Positions 1 through 11,120 of a stretch of DNA of 64,000 bases are shown one piece after another (position 1 is the stretch's first letter; each line of letters starts with the position of its first letter). Below the pieces are notes generated by a model, which was not told the origin of the DNA, did no database searches, and was given only the letters and a program-made list of their open reading frames with translations. Where the stretch lies: assembly GCA_964291215.2 (NCBI GenBank), contig OZ219791.1, forward strand, positions 3,328,001-3,392,000, given 5' to 3'. The stretch is from Alphaproteobacteria bacterium. GTDB taxonomy: Bacteria > Pseudomonadota > Alphaproteobacteria > MPNO01 > UBA830. Made by a program: the position numbers and the translations under genes.

Positions 1-13
1 AGCGATCGCGCGG

Positions 14-1615
14 ATGGTTGATGAATGGGACCGGGTGCGGCGTGCCGGTCCTGGCGATGCCGTCGCGGTGGTCGTGCGGACACGGAACGAGGAGCAGGTC
101 CTCAACCATGTTTTCCGCGCCCGCCTGCTGGCGGGGTCCGCGGACGGTCCGCGCGTTCGCATGCATGTGCACTGCCGTACTGGCATGGAGTACGGCACGG
201 CGGTGCCAATCGAGGTCAAGGCAGGCGATTGGCTGAGACTCGGCGCCACGCTTTGGGAAAAGCGGTTGTTGAACGGATCGGTCGTGGTCGTCGAGGACAT
301 CGCGTTGGTGCCCTCCGGGTCGAAAGAACCGCGCTATCTGCTGCGTGTGCGGACGGAAGCCGGGCGCCGCGAGGAGTTCTTCCACGACGAGGTACGGGAC
401 CACCGTGGCGGCATCCGTCTCGGGCATGGATATGTCTCTACGGTTGCCAACGCGATCGGCAGATTCGACCGCCTCCTCGTTCTTGCCGACGACCGGTGGC
501 ACATCGAGCAGTTCGAGCGTGCGGCTTTCTGCTGTCGCGGCGAAATCGATGTACATGTCAATCGCGAGCTTCTTTCCGCCGCGCTCTGTCCGGTGGGTGC
601 AACGAACGACCCGCGATCCGCTGTCGACGATTCGCGAATTCTCGACCATCTCCGCCGCTGCTGGTCGGCGCGGCGTGGTTCCGTGCATCCCGAAAAAAGC
701 GTCCGGCCGGAAGTTTCCAGGCTCTATCCCGACGGTTGCGCAACCGCGGTCCGTTGGGTTTCTGCCAATGACGGTGGTGACGGATCGTTGCAGAGGCTCG
801 CACGGAACATTACTTGCGCCGAATTGGACCTGCGCCACGGTGAAACGGTTGCGGCTTTCGCCGGCGGACGGAACGAGGTGCTGGCGGAATGGTCGCGTTG
901 CCGGGAGCGAATCGCTGTGGAGGGCGATTCCGCGCTGCTTTCGCCGTCTGTCGGCAACACCATCCGGCGGCACGAGGAGCTTTTGGATCTCGCCAGGAGC
1001 CTGCCGCTCTTGTGGGGGACCGGAATGGCCGATCTTCTTGCGAAAAGGGGAAATCTGAAGGCGGGCGATGTTCGGGAATTCCACGACCTCTACCGGCGCA
1101 TGCGGACCGACCGATGGATTGCGGCAAGGAAGTCGGGGCGTCGAAAGCTGGCGGGAGACAATGCCGACGTGCGGACGGATGTGTCACGGAAAGAGCGCGA
1201 CGTCAGCCATGACGCGAAGCTTGTCGAGACGTACCTCGCAGAGGTCGGGCGCTGCCGCGAGTTTCGGCGCTTCACCCTCGATGTGGCGGCGCGTCAGGAC
1301 CGGCCGGTTGAAGAGCTCGCCTCGTGGGCGGAGAGCCTGGCCGACTACGACCGGATGATCGCCCGTGGTCGGGAAATGCTCTCGGGGGAGCTCGTCGCGA
1401 GCGGCTTGCCACGGGCCGAGGACACGGACATGGCTGCCGTCAGGACGGCTGTCGAAACGCTCGAAGAGGAGCGGCACCAGGGTCTCTCCGGGCCTGATCG
1501 GCGGTCCGACGACGAGAATGTCTGCGAGCGAAGGTGCCCGTTGCACGCCGGCACGGACGAGGCGCATCTGGCGCAGAGAAATTCGGCGGGGCAGGGCCGG
1601 TCATTTTCCTGGTGA
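14..1615 (+). CDS. C-terminal part of a TraA/MobA-like conjugative relaxase-helicase (5' end probably outside the window)
   Basis: Resembles the TraA RecD-like helicase tail (GDWLRL..TLWEKRLLNGS; HGYVSTV..IG.FDR; degenerate) followed by a coiled region and a G-R-S-F-S-W type end; judged by eye. Confidence 0.5.
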   Translation: MVDEWDRVRRAGPGDAVAVVVRTRNEEQVLNHVFRARLLAGSADGPRVRMHVHCRTGMEYGTAVPIEVKAGDWLRLGATLWEKRLLNGSVVVVEDIALVPSGSKEPRYLLRVRTEAGRREEFFHDEVRDHRGGIRLGHGYVSTVANAIGRFDRLLVLADDRWHIEQFERAAFCCRGEIDVHVNRELLSAALCPVGATNDPRSAVDDSRILDHLRRCWSARRGSVHPEKSVRPEVSRLYPDGCATAVRWVSANDGGDGSLQRLARNITCAELDLRHGETVAAFAGGRNEVLAEWSRCRERIAVEGDSALLSPSVGNTIRRHEELLDLARSLPLLWGTGMADLLAKRGNLKAGDVREFHDLYRRMRTDRWIAARKSGRRKLAGDNADVRTDVSRKERDVSHDAKLVETYLAEVGRCREFRRFTLDVAARQDRPVEELASWAESLADYDRMIARGREMLSGELVASGLPRAEDTDMAAVRTAVETLEEERHQGLSGPDRRSDDENVCERRCPLHAGTDEAHLAQRNSAGQGRSFSW

Positions 1616-1654
1616 CATTCTGTGCCAGCATCGGCGTTCTTTCGGGGAGGCTCC

Positions 1655-1828
1655 CACGACGATCCCATGCTAATTCGGAGACGCGAAATCCGAATGCGTT
1701 GGGGCTCGGGTCATCACAGATCGCCTCCTTGATCGCAATTTTCGTGCCGAGAAGGTCCCATCGAGCCTTTGCGGTACGATTGCAGCGCGACGCAAACTGA
1801 AAAAATCTTGCCAGTCGTCGCCGAATTA
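1655..1828. repeat. MITE copy 1 (truncated on the right by an IS insertion)
   Basis: Starts with the TIR CACGACGATCCCATGCT; body matches copies at 34038, 41217 and 46988; right TIR missing. Confidence 0.8.
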
Positions 1829-2822
1829 GTGCCCGCAAGAAAAAGTACAATTATTTGATTCCAATACCTGAATCGCGGTATGGGCGAAACGAAAAATCCC
1901 GCTTTGGGGCGGGAATCGGCCGGTTTGACCGAGAATCAACCGGATTTTCAGGAAACTTCGCGAGAATAGCCATGCGAGACGTCATCCGCCCTCAGTTGGA
2001 ATTGGGACAGGTTGCGATCGAGAAGATCGATCTCAACGAGAACTCGCGGGACGACATGCGCGGGATTCAGCACGTGTACGCCGACCCGGCTGTTTGAGAT
2101 CCTGGAGGAGGGGATCCTTCCGAGAGTATCCCACAGGAAAGGGCGTCCCGGCGCTGTGGAAGATCCTGGTGTCCTGAAGCAGGGCCTGGGGTATGACTTC
2201 GATCACCTGCACGAGCTGATGAACGAGATGGTTCGCAAGTTCCTGGGTCACATCTGGTACGACACACGCTACGGGCATCAGACGGTGGTGGACAACGTGA
2301 GCCAGCTGACGCCGGAAGTGCTGGGGAAGGTGTCGCAACTGGTCGCGGAGAGCGGCCATGCGATGATACGTAGCAAAGATTGTCCCAAGTCGGACGGTTC
2401 TCTGCGAGGCCGCTGCGATTCGTTCGTGGTGGAGGTGCACTACCCGACGGACATCAATCTTCTGTGGGATGCGTTGTCTGGTGCGCGATACAGGCCGCGC
2501 AGCGTGCGCACGGGAATGATCGAATGGCGTCAGTGGAAGCATCGGACCCGGGTATTACAGAAGCACTTTCAGAAGGTCCGTCGGGCCTCTTCGGAGGATG
2601 GTACCTCGACGCCGGCTGGGAGTTGGGGTGCAAGAGACGGTTCCTGTATTTCTGGAGAAGGGCGTTGAGGCCCTCGCAGTTCTCAAGATCGAGTCGTATC
2701 TCAAGCATGCCCGCCGACAGATCGACCAAGTGGACCGCCGCCTAAGGCGAGAAGATCCCGCAGGAAGAGAAGGTGTTTTCGATCTTCGAGGAGCGCTGGT
2801 GCGTGAAGGGCAGTGCCGGTGG

Positions 2823-4462
2823 GAGCGCCAGGCTAACTGGTAGGATGTCGCCGGGTGAGAGTTCCGGCAGGAAGAGAGGCTAACCACCACTTCCTCCGTG
2901 AACCATGCGTCGTGAGGCGAAGCGTTGGGGAGCGGCAAGCCGGGCTATTGAGCCACGAGATACTGTGAAACCGGAGTGCCGAGGTCGTCCACCAGGCCGA
3001 AGGCAACACCCTGCGAGCCGCGTTTGGTGAGGCGAGCAGGGCTCCGCGGGGTCTGAGAACCATGGCTGAAGCAGGGACCCGGGAGGTCTTGCCCCACTGT
3101 CGTAGAGGGGTCGCAGAGGAAAGGAACTATTCCGTAACCCGATGATGAACGAGAAGTCAGATTCGGCCATAGTACCGTCGAAGGCGGCGAACAAGGGTTC
3201 CTCGGAGCCTGCGGAGCTGCTGGAGGGAAGGGAAATGCGGTTGGCCCGCGCCGCGCAGAAGCGGGAAAGCGGGTCACAGGCGGCGCATACGACAAGTTGC
3301 GAAGAGGAATCCGGAAGAGCGTCTTGTGACGTTGCTCCATCACGTGATGTCCTGCACGCGGCGTTTCACTCCTTGAGAAAGGACGCGGCAGCGGGCGTGG
3401 ACGGAGTTACGTGGCACGCGTATGCGGAAGGTGTGGAACTGGTCGACCTGCCGTGTGCCCAGGGGTGCGTATCGGGCGCCTCCGTCGGGCATACATACCC
3501 AAGGAGGGCAACGACCGCTTGCCTCGGACAAGATTCTTAAGCGGGCAGTGACGGACACGATTCTGGTACCGCGAGACGGAGTTCCTCGGGTTCAGTTATG
3601 GTTTCCGGCCGGGACGCACAACGCGCTCGATGCAGTCACGGTGGAACGGCGGAAGGTCAACTGGATCGTTGACGCCCCTTCGACAATCTCGACCACCTGG
3701 TCGCGATGCTCGAGAGACGGATCGGGGGGTCTGATCATCAAGTGACGCTGGCGTCATGGAGCGACACCGGTGTTGGTTCGCCGCAGGGCGCAGCCCCTGC
3801 CTGGCGAACGTTTACCTGCACTACGTGACTGGTTTCAGAACCATTGGCGCAAACGGATGACTGACACGATCATCGTGCGCTATGCGGATGATTTTGTGTG
3901 CGGCTTTCAGGATCAGGGCGATGCGAAGCGCTGGGACCTCGGGGAGAGGTTGGCTCACTTGAACTGCACCCGGACAATCATCGAGTTCGGTCGGTTTGCG
4001 AGAGCGAACCGCCGGAAGCGGGGGCAAGACGTTCGACTTCCTCGGTATGAGGCACTATTGCGAGCAGACGTGGAAGGGCAAGTTCAGGGTCGGCCGCAAA
4101 CCATCCCGGAAACGGGCACCTTGCGGCGGATCAAGGAGGCGCTGCGCAAGCGGTGGCACGACAACCGGCACAAGACGGCCAAGTGGCGAGTGATCAAAGG
4201 CTGCTACTACGCCGTTCCGGGAAGCAGCCTGCAGGGGTTCATATACCAATGCAAACGGCTGCGTGCCCTTCGGCGGCGTTCCCAAAAGGATCGCACCGAA
4301 TGGAGGGACATGGACACCCTCATCGAAGCTCACTGGCCTAAGGCCAGCATCCGCCACCCGTGGCCAAACCAGCGCCTTGTCGTCAGGACCTGAGGGAGGA
4401 GCGAACAGCGCAAGTCCGGATCTGTGCGGGGGAACCGGGGAAACCCGGTTCCCTACCGCGAT
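2823..4462 (+). mobile_element. Group II intron
   Basis: 5' GAGCG (variant of GUGYG); degenerate domain V (..CGGATCTGTGCGGGGG) and domain VI hairpin ending CCCTACCGCGAT; removal rejoins the transposase frame GTGCCGGTGG|AACTCGGC (VPVELG). Confidence 0.85.
3232..4393 (+). pseudogene. Group II intron reverse transcriptase/maturase, frameshifted
   Basis: LRKDAAAGVDGVTW (RT0), VRYADDFVCGF (RT5), IEFGRFA, TFDFLG, LRRRSQK and IRHPWP maturase tail, spread over several frames. Confidence 0.8.
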
Positions 4463-4845
4463 AACTCGGCGTGCCGGTGGCCGTTCTGGAGGATCAGCAC
4501 GGCTTTCTTCTGCACCACCGGATCCTGTGGGAAGGCAGTGACGCGGACCATGCGGTGCCCATGATCCGTGAAGTACAGGCCCGCTTCCCCGATCTGCGCC
4601 TGTGCAGTTTCGATCGGGGGTTCCACAGTCCTCGGGTCGCACTGGACGAACTACTGGATGTGCTTCCGAAGAAAAGGATGCTCTCGGACCGGGAACGGGA
4701 AGCTGAGACGACATTCCGGGAGATGCGCCGGCAGCATCCGGCTGTGGAGTCCGCGATCAACAATCTCGAGCAACGCGGCATGGACCGGGTCCTGTCCTAT
4801 GGAGTGGACGGCTTTGCGCGGATGGTGGCGCTGGTGGCCTTCAAT

Positions 4846-5450
4846 GTCCCCACCGCCTGCTGGCCATGCTGGAAGCGCTCGCCGCACTGGAGCCCTCCCA
4901 CACCAGGCGCTCCGGGGAACAGGTCCGGCTCCAGCAGTTCTCGACCCCGCTGCCGCTCGCTTATGCGGCATTGCAGGCCGCCGCAGTCCGACCGGACGAT
5001 ACCGTGCTGGAGCCGTCCGCCGGCATGCTGGCGGTGATGGCGCAGTGCGCGCTGGACGACCGGGCGGCAGGCGCGCTCCATCTCAACGAATACGCGCCCA
5101 CGCGGGCGCTGACGCGGCTCTTCCCCGGGGTCGCCGTCACCGCGTTCGACGCCGAGGCGATCGCCGACCGGCTGCGCGGCGTCCGCCCCACCGTGGTGTT
5201 GATGAACCCGCCGTTTTCGGCGTCGACCGCATCGCCCGCGGCGCCGACCTGCACCATGTCCGCTCGGCCGCCTCGATGTTGCCGCCCGGCGGCCGGCTGG
5301 TCGCGATCACCTCGGCCCATTGCGCGCCCGGCAACACCGCATGGCGTGATGTCTTCGGCTCGCTAGACGACGCCCGCTGCCTCTTCACCATGGCGACCGA
5401 CGACCGCGCCTATGCCAGGCGCGGCACCGGCTTCGACACCCGCTTGACCG
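4846..5450 (+). pseudogene. Fragment of a strawberry-notch-like methylase/helicase (plasmid/ICE type)
   Basis: PSHTRRSGEQVRLQQFSTPLPLAY, VLEPSAG, LMNPPFS, GGRLVAIT, YARRGT.FDTRLTV. Confidence 0.7.
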
Positions 5451-5489
5451 TGGGGAGGCTCCGGTCGCGTCGAACCCGTCGGCGGGATG

Positions 5490-5800
5490 GCGCGGTCCAG
5501 TGCCCTGGCAGGATGTCGGGGCGAGCGGATCCACCACCAAATCGCGCTTGCTCCATCTCTGAAACTCGCACAGCCTCCGCGCCTGCCCGATCACCTCGCG
5601 CCCCCCCTGGATCGCGCTTGCCGGCAACCCCGACCATATCTTTACCGTCGCCACCGACCCCACGCAGACCCGGCAGCAGCAGGCCTTCGAGCTCCTCGGC
5701 GTCGACCCGGACGGAATGTTCCCGGTCATCGGCCAGATCGATCAGCCGTTACTGCCTGTTTCCACACAGAACCCGGGCCAAACCTCGATGAAGTTCCGCC
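5490..5800 (+). mobile_element. IS1634-like transposase 3' remnant
   Basis: Encodes FTVATDPTQTRQQQAFELLGVDP, like the IS1634 C-terminus also seen near 55870; AAGTTCCG end-like motif near 5790. Confidence 0.45.
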
Positions 5801-5853
5801 CGGGCGGAAGACCGACCTGCTCTGGATGGGGACGATCCGCTACCCTTGCATTC

Positions 5854-7925
5854 CAGGACTTTCTCACGCTGCATTCGATCTTGTCGACTGCTGATGGAGG
5901 GAGGTTGTACAACCTGCCGGGTTTTCTGGCTTCAGGGCCGTCCGCGGTCGTCGCCGGCGGCGTTGCCGGTGCGCGGGCGGGTTGTTTTCGGGATGTGGGC
6001 GGGTTGTGGGCGGTGTCCGGGAATCGGCCGGACGCCATTGGCGCTCAGGGCTGAATCAGAGCTGCGACGGCTTCTCGGCGGTCGAGCTGCAGCCGCCGCC
6101 GTGTTTCGGCGAGGCTCTCGCGTCGGTTGGCGAAGATCACCGCGAGCGCGATGTTGTTGAGGCTGGCGCGGTTTGCGGGGCCGTTGCCGGTGCGTGTCAG
6201 GCAGGCATCTTCGCCGAAGACGCAGTCTCTCTGGCGGTGGTTCATGTTTTCCACAGCCCAGTGCCCGCGATTGAGCCGCAGCAGTTCCTCTGGCGACGCG
6301 TGTTGCGCATCGAGCGAGGTGATGATGTATTCGGTACAGTCGTTGCCGCTCGCTGCGCCGCTGGCGCTCTTTCCCAGCGGCTCACGGTAGCGCTTGATGC
6401 GGGCGATCTGGCTGATGCCGGGGTAGTTGATCAAGCCCTTGAGCGGCGTCAGGACACGTATCGAGCGCTGCTCGAGGCGTCCGTGGGCCTTGTCTAACTT
6501 TTCCTTGAAGCGGCCGCTGGCATCTGTCTCCCAGTCGATGCCGTCGAGGATATCGAAGGTTTCGGGCGCATTGCCCTTGACCGAGAAAACATAGTCTGCG
6601 CCGCAGCGCCGGGTGATCAGCGCCGCCGTCTTGCGCGTCGTGGCGTCGAGGGTGATCACCTTGCCGCGGACATCGGTGCGCTCGAGGAGGTGGCCGCCAA
6701 CTCACCTCCCTCGTCGTCGAAATTCAACAGCGCGAAGGGTGCGCCGGAGGCGTGAGAGCCACGGTCTCGTGGTGGCCGTCGCCGTTGCGGTTGGCGCCGC
6801 GGATGCGCTTGCCGTCGGCGGCAAGCGCTCGGGCGAGCCTGCGCCCGCCATAGCGGCCGAGTACATCCTCGAGCGCCTCGGGGTCGATCGACTGCCCGGT
6901 GGAGGGTCGCCTTGGAGGGCGGCTCGCGCAGCTCCGTCCTCGGGTTCCGCCATGCGCCGATGGCCTCGAGCTCGTCCTGAGACAGCGACCGCGCAAACTG
7001 CGCAGCTGCGAGGCAGCCTTTCATGTTCGCAAGCTCGGCGAGAACGTGTACCGTGAGCACGCAGGCCACCGTGTGCTTCCTGCCCTGCGCGCGGCGGAAG
7101 TCCTCGATCGCCGCCAACTCTTCGTGCAGCGAACGCATCACCTCGGAACCCCGGGGAGCGAGGAGGCAGGCGGCGCTACCGCAGCGCCTGCGGACGTGAC
7201 AGCAGCCGCCGGGCGTCGCGCCGCAGCGGCACAACGAAAATCTCCTTGGGCTTACCATGGGGGTCGGTGTAGCGCCCGTTGGCGCGGGCAAACCCCTTGG
7301 TCCGGCGCACGCCAGCCTGCCGCCTTGTGCCCGCAAAACGCGCCGGATCGCAGAATGTCTCCGCCACAACCACCTGGTGGCCGTAGGCCTCCAGCCAATC
7401 GTCGGCCAGCCGCCGCGTCATATGCGCAAGAAAGAAGGAGGCAAGGTTCGGAAACGTTCCCGGCGCCGCAAGTACCAGCAGTCGCGTGTTGTTCGCGATC
7501 AGATCAAGCCGCCGGAACTGCTGCTCTGACTTCCAGCCAATCCACCGGTCGCGGCACTTGAAGGCCCCGTTCTGCCACGCCGCCAGACCCAGCCACTGCC
7601 CCCTGAAGGACGCAATGTAGCGCAGACCGCGTCCTGCCAGACGGCGAAACCCGAGATAATGATGCTCGTCCATCAACGCATCCCACAGCAGACGCTCCTC
7701 AGGCTTCGCGAACCTCAACCTCGGACAGGCGAAACCCTTCCGGAGCTGCGACGTGAATCGGACAGGATGCGATGTGCTTGTGAACCGACATCCCCGCACC
7801 ATGACAACTTCAGTGCAAGAAAGCCAGCGAAAACTGTAAAAAAATCTCCCGCACCAACCCGCGACCCCGCAAAGCCCAGGTACTGCCTTGAAAAATCAGA
7901 CAGAATTTAGCGTAAGACCACCCTG
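5854..7925 (-). mobile_element. ISAs1-family element with N-terminal DUF4338 (DruA-like) domain, subtype 1, copy A
   Basis: TIRs CAGGACTTTCTCACGC / CAGGGTGGTCTTACGC; 9-bp TSD CTTGCATTC (5845-5853, 7926-7934); ADGKRIRG, ITLDA, VKGN, HGRLEQR, RGHWAVEN and D.VFGED motifs; HHYLG..GRGLRY and ETF.DP DUF4338 motifs. Confidence 0.9.
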
Positions 7926-8070
7926 CTTGCATTCCGACATCGATTGAGCGCGGCCACGAAACCGTCTATGTTGTCCATGTCGCTCCAGCGTGAACCCGGC
8001 ATCCGCGCCGCAGGATGTGGAAGGCTTCGCAAGGACTGGGGATGGGGAGGACAGCAGTTGTCTTTTTGTG

Positions 8071-8101
8071 TTATACAACATTAATTCATACTGTTGTATA
8101 A
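8071..8101. promoter_or_regulatory. Inverted repeat (putative operator) just upstream of the nucleotidyltransferase gene
   Basis: TTATACAACA-N11-TGTTGTATAA, AT-rich in a GC-rich background, 2 nt before the ATG. Confidence 0.55.
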
Positions 8102-8103
8102 TC

Positions 8104-9135
8104 ATGACCAACGATCTCCGGTTCCACAGCCACACCGGCAACGCCGCTTATCACGACCTTCGGCGGCTCCTCATGGACGCCGCAGTGTCCGAAATCCGCG
8201 GTACGCCAACCCGGATTGCCGTCAAGGGCCGCCATTTCTGGTATGACAAATACCGGATCGGCGATGAGGTGCGACAACGCTACATCGGACCCGAAACCAA
8301 CGAACTACTCGCCAGACTGGGCCGCCTAGGCCGGTCGAACGCCGACCGCAGGGCATTGCAGCAGGAGCAGGCCCGCCTCGTCCGGCTCCTGAGAGCCAGC
8401 AACTACCGATCGATGGATCGCGGCACCGGCAGCCTCTTGGCTGCATTCGCCAGATGCGGTGTCTTCCGCCTGGGCGGCACGCTGGTCGGGACGGTCGCCT
8501 TCCAGCACTACGAGGGCGAACTCGGCGTGGTCATGGACTTCGACCAGACCGCCCGCACCGACGATATTGATATCGCTAGCTTCGAACGACTGTCCTTCGC
8601 GCTTGGCGACAGTGTTGAAACACCGCTGGATGACGTCTTCCGGGACCTGAAGTTCCAGCCCGTTCCCTCTCTGGACCGGCAGCACGTCTGGCGCTGGCGC
8701 CAGACAAGCGGACCGGTCCTGGTCGAGTTCCTGATGCCGGCGCACGGGAAAGAAGGTGTGCGCAAACTGCCGGCCCTGGGCGTCAGCGCTCGGGCCCTGC
8801 ACCATCTCGACTATCTCTTCGAGGACCCCGTTCCGGCTGTGTCGCTCTACCGATCCGGCGTGCTCGTCCAGATCCCGCGGCCTGAACGCTACGCCATGCA
8901 CAAGCTGATCGTGGCTGAACGGCGTCACGACGGGCCGGACTCGTTGAAAGCTGCAAAGGACCGTGCCCAGGCGGATTTTCTCATCGCTGCCTTGGCAGAG
9001 CTGCGCCCGGATGAATTACGTCTGGCCCATGACGAAGCCATGGAGCGCGGGCCCGGCTGGCGCAACCGGATCAAAGCCAGCTTGGACAGGCTGCCGGACG
9101 CAAAGGAACACCTGCTTGAGACAGCCGGCGGCTGA
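8104..9135 (+). CDS. GSU2403-family nucleotidyltransferase-fold protein
   Basis: GGTLVGTVAF..YEGELG, TDDIDIA, IPRPERYAMHKLIVA and KDRAQA motifs; intact ORF. Confidence 0.75.
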   Translation: MTNDLRFHSHTGNAAYHDLRRLLMDAAVSEIRGTPTRIAVKGRHFWYDKYRIGDEVRQRYIGPETNELLARLGRLGRSNADRRALQQEQARLVRLLRASNYRSMDRGTGSLLAAFARCGVFRLGGTLVGTVAFQHYEGELGVVMDFDQTARTDDIDIASFERLSFALGDSVETPLDDVFRDLKFQPVPSLDRQHVWRWRQTSGPVLVEFLMPAHGKEGVRKLPALGVSARALHHLDYLFEDPVPAVSLYRSGVLVQIPRPERYAMHKLIVAERRHDGPDSLKAAKDRAQADFLIAALAELRPDELRLAHDEAMERGPGWRNRIKASLDRLPDAKEHLLETAGG

Positions 9136-9399
9136 GCTCAACCATACCCGGCCTCCGCTGAGAGGGACTGATGTACAGCACATCTCCGAAGTGACGCCGG
9201 CACGGCTGCGGGACTTCGCGCCCTTCCGTCGGCCTTGGGGCAGTGCATCCGCAGGCTCGCGCCGTCCTGCGACGTGTCGGAAAGACCTGCGGGGCCACGA
9301 GTTCCGACCGGTGGAGCATCGCATCACTGGGGGCTGTCAGTGATTAGTCCCGATCGATCTGTCCATGGTAAATCTCGCTGCGCGTTCAGTTGCATGGCC

Positions 9400-9605
9400 G
9401 TATCTACTCACCCCTAGTTGGGTTCTGATTGGTCGTAGTGCTCGTTGATGATGTCTGCGGCTTTTCCGTCGAGGGCGATCTGGGTGGCGACGAGTGGGTT
9501 GTAGCTGAGTGCGGCCATGGAGGTGAGGTAGCTTGAGCCCCGGCACCATGCTTTTGCGTGGAGCATGGTGCGGAAGCATCCGGATACCTTGACCTTTGCC
9601 ATCCT
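9400..9605 (-). mobile_element. IS66-family right-end fragment
   Basis: TIR GTATCTACTCACCCC at 9400; encodes RMAKVKVSGCFRT C-terminus, matching 62190-62394. Confidence 0.8.
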
Positions 9606-11120
9606 GTAACTGCTCACCCCTGGTTCCGGCTTGATGTCGGGGTAGAGCAACGAACGGGTTTTCGTGGAGATTTGACACTGCAGGCCGTTTCGTTTAGTGG
9701 TGGTCATTGAGAACGACGGGGACCGCCAGTGAGCTACTTTGGATCGAAGGCGACGAGCGGGCTGTGCTATCGGAGGCGGCGCGCTGATGAAGCGCAAGGC
9801 CGGGCGGCGGAGTACCGGAAGATGCCGCCGGGCGAGCGCCAGGCGATGCTCGCGACGATCATGACCGTCGAGGCCGGGTGATGGCGACGGTCAACGCGGC
9901 GTCGCTGCGCGAAGAGTTCGAAGCGGCCAAGACCCGGATCACGGCGCTGCGTGCGGCCGGCAAGGTGCCGAAAGAGGCCGTGATCCGCGTCCTCGTCATC
10001 CTGCTCGACATCATCATCGTCGTCCTTCTGGAGAAGACCACGCACGAGCCGGAGCTCCGGTCTGCCGCCGTCACAGACGGACAAGGACGAGAGCGTGCCG
10101 GGAGCAACGGCAAGGGCCCGAAGCCGAACCGGCAGATGGGCGACAACCTGCGCAAGATCATCGTTGAGGAGACGGTCGCGGCCTGCGACGCCTGCGGCGC
10201 CGACGGCGTCGACCCCGTCGATCGGGAGCGCCGCACGACATCGTGTTCGAGGTCGTCGAGCGCCGCGCCGAGATCAAGGAATGCCCGAAGTGCAAGGCCC
10301 GGGGCCGGTTCCCCGACAACATCCCGTGCAGTACGGCATCGGCATCAAGGCCCTCGTCATCAACCTGCTGGTCGCCCAGATGCTGTCCCTGCGCCGTGCC
10401 GTCGCGTTCGTGCAGGCGATCTCCGGCATCAAGCTCTCCGAGGCAACCTGCCTCGGCTATGCTTTCACGATGCGTCATGGGAGGAGGCCGCCGTGGCGCA
10501 CAGTTCGTGGCGGCGATGGAGGATGTACTTGACATTTATCAGCGGGACTTTGCCGGGGACGAGGTGCTGGTGTGCATGGATGAAACCAGCCGGCAGCAGA
10601 CGAAGGAAACCCCCCGTCCTCCGGTCAGCCGGAGGTGGTCAACTATGAATATGAGCGCAACGGCACGGCCAACCTCTTCATGGCCTTTGCGCCCAACGAG
10701 AACTGGCGCACGGTGAAAGTCACCGACCGCCGCGGGACTGGGCGCACTTCATCCGGGAGCTTGCCGACGACCATTTCCCCGACAGGAAGATCGTGCCGGA
10801 CAATCTGAACACGCACAGTCACTGTATGAAGCCTTCGAGCCCGAGGAGGCGGGTACGAAAGCGGTTCGAGTTTCGCTATACGCCGAAGCATGGAAGCTGG
10901 CTCAACATGGCCGAGATCGGTGCGCTGTCGCGGCAATGCCTTCGGCGACGCATTCCCGACCGCGACACCATGCTGCGGGAGACCGTGGCGTGGGTCGAGC
11001 GCCGCAATGCGGCCGATGTCACTGTCGACTGGCGTTTCACGACGAAGGATGCCCGGACGAAACTGAAGTCACTATATCCATCAATCTAATAATGTTAAAC
11101 TACTAGAGGTGAGTAGATAC
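9606..11120 (+). mobile_element. IS66-family element (internally deleted, contains an IS630 piece)
   Basis: Left TIR GTAACTGCTCACCCC at 9606 and right TIR GGTGAGTAGATAC ending 11120; CDACG and CPKC zinc motifs; same element as 60877 and 62525. Confidence 0.8.
10500..11106 (+). mobile_element. IS630-family transposase 3' part, ending at CTAG inside the IS66 right end
   Basis: FVAAMEDVLDIY, VCMDET, DNLNTH, YTPKHGSWLNMAEI, WRFTTKDARTKLKSLYP. Confidence 0.8.

Larger units (their letters stand above)
1829..4845 (+). mobile_element. ISNCY/IS5-like element; transposase (1972-2822 + 4463-~4845) frameshifted and split by a group II intron, 3' end truncated
   Basis: MRDVIRPQLELGQVAIEKIDLNENSRDD, RCDSFVVE.VHYPTDINLLWDA, EDQHGFLLHH, CSFDRGFHS and HPAVESAINNLE motifs; boundaries approximate. 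Confidence 0.7.

Noticed and set aside
3232-4393. Reverse transcriptase as a retron, DGR or defence RT
   Set aside because: It has a maturase tail, is followed by domain V/VI sequence, and its removal precisely rejoins a host gene, so it is a group II intron.
7176-7802. Druantia anti-phage system
   Set aside because: The DUF4338 domain lies within IS TIRs and TSDs, and no druE helicase or other dru genes are present.
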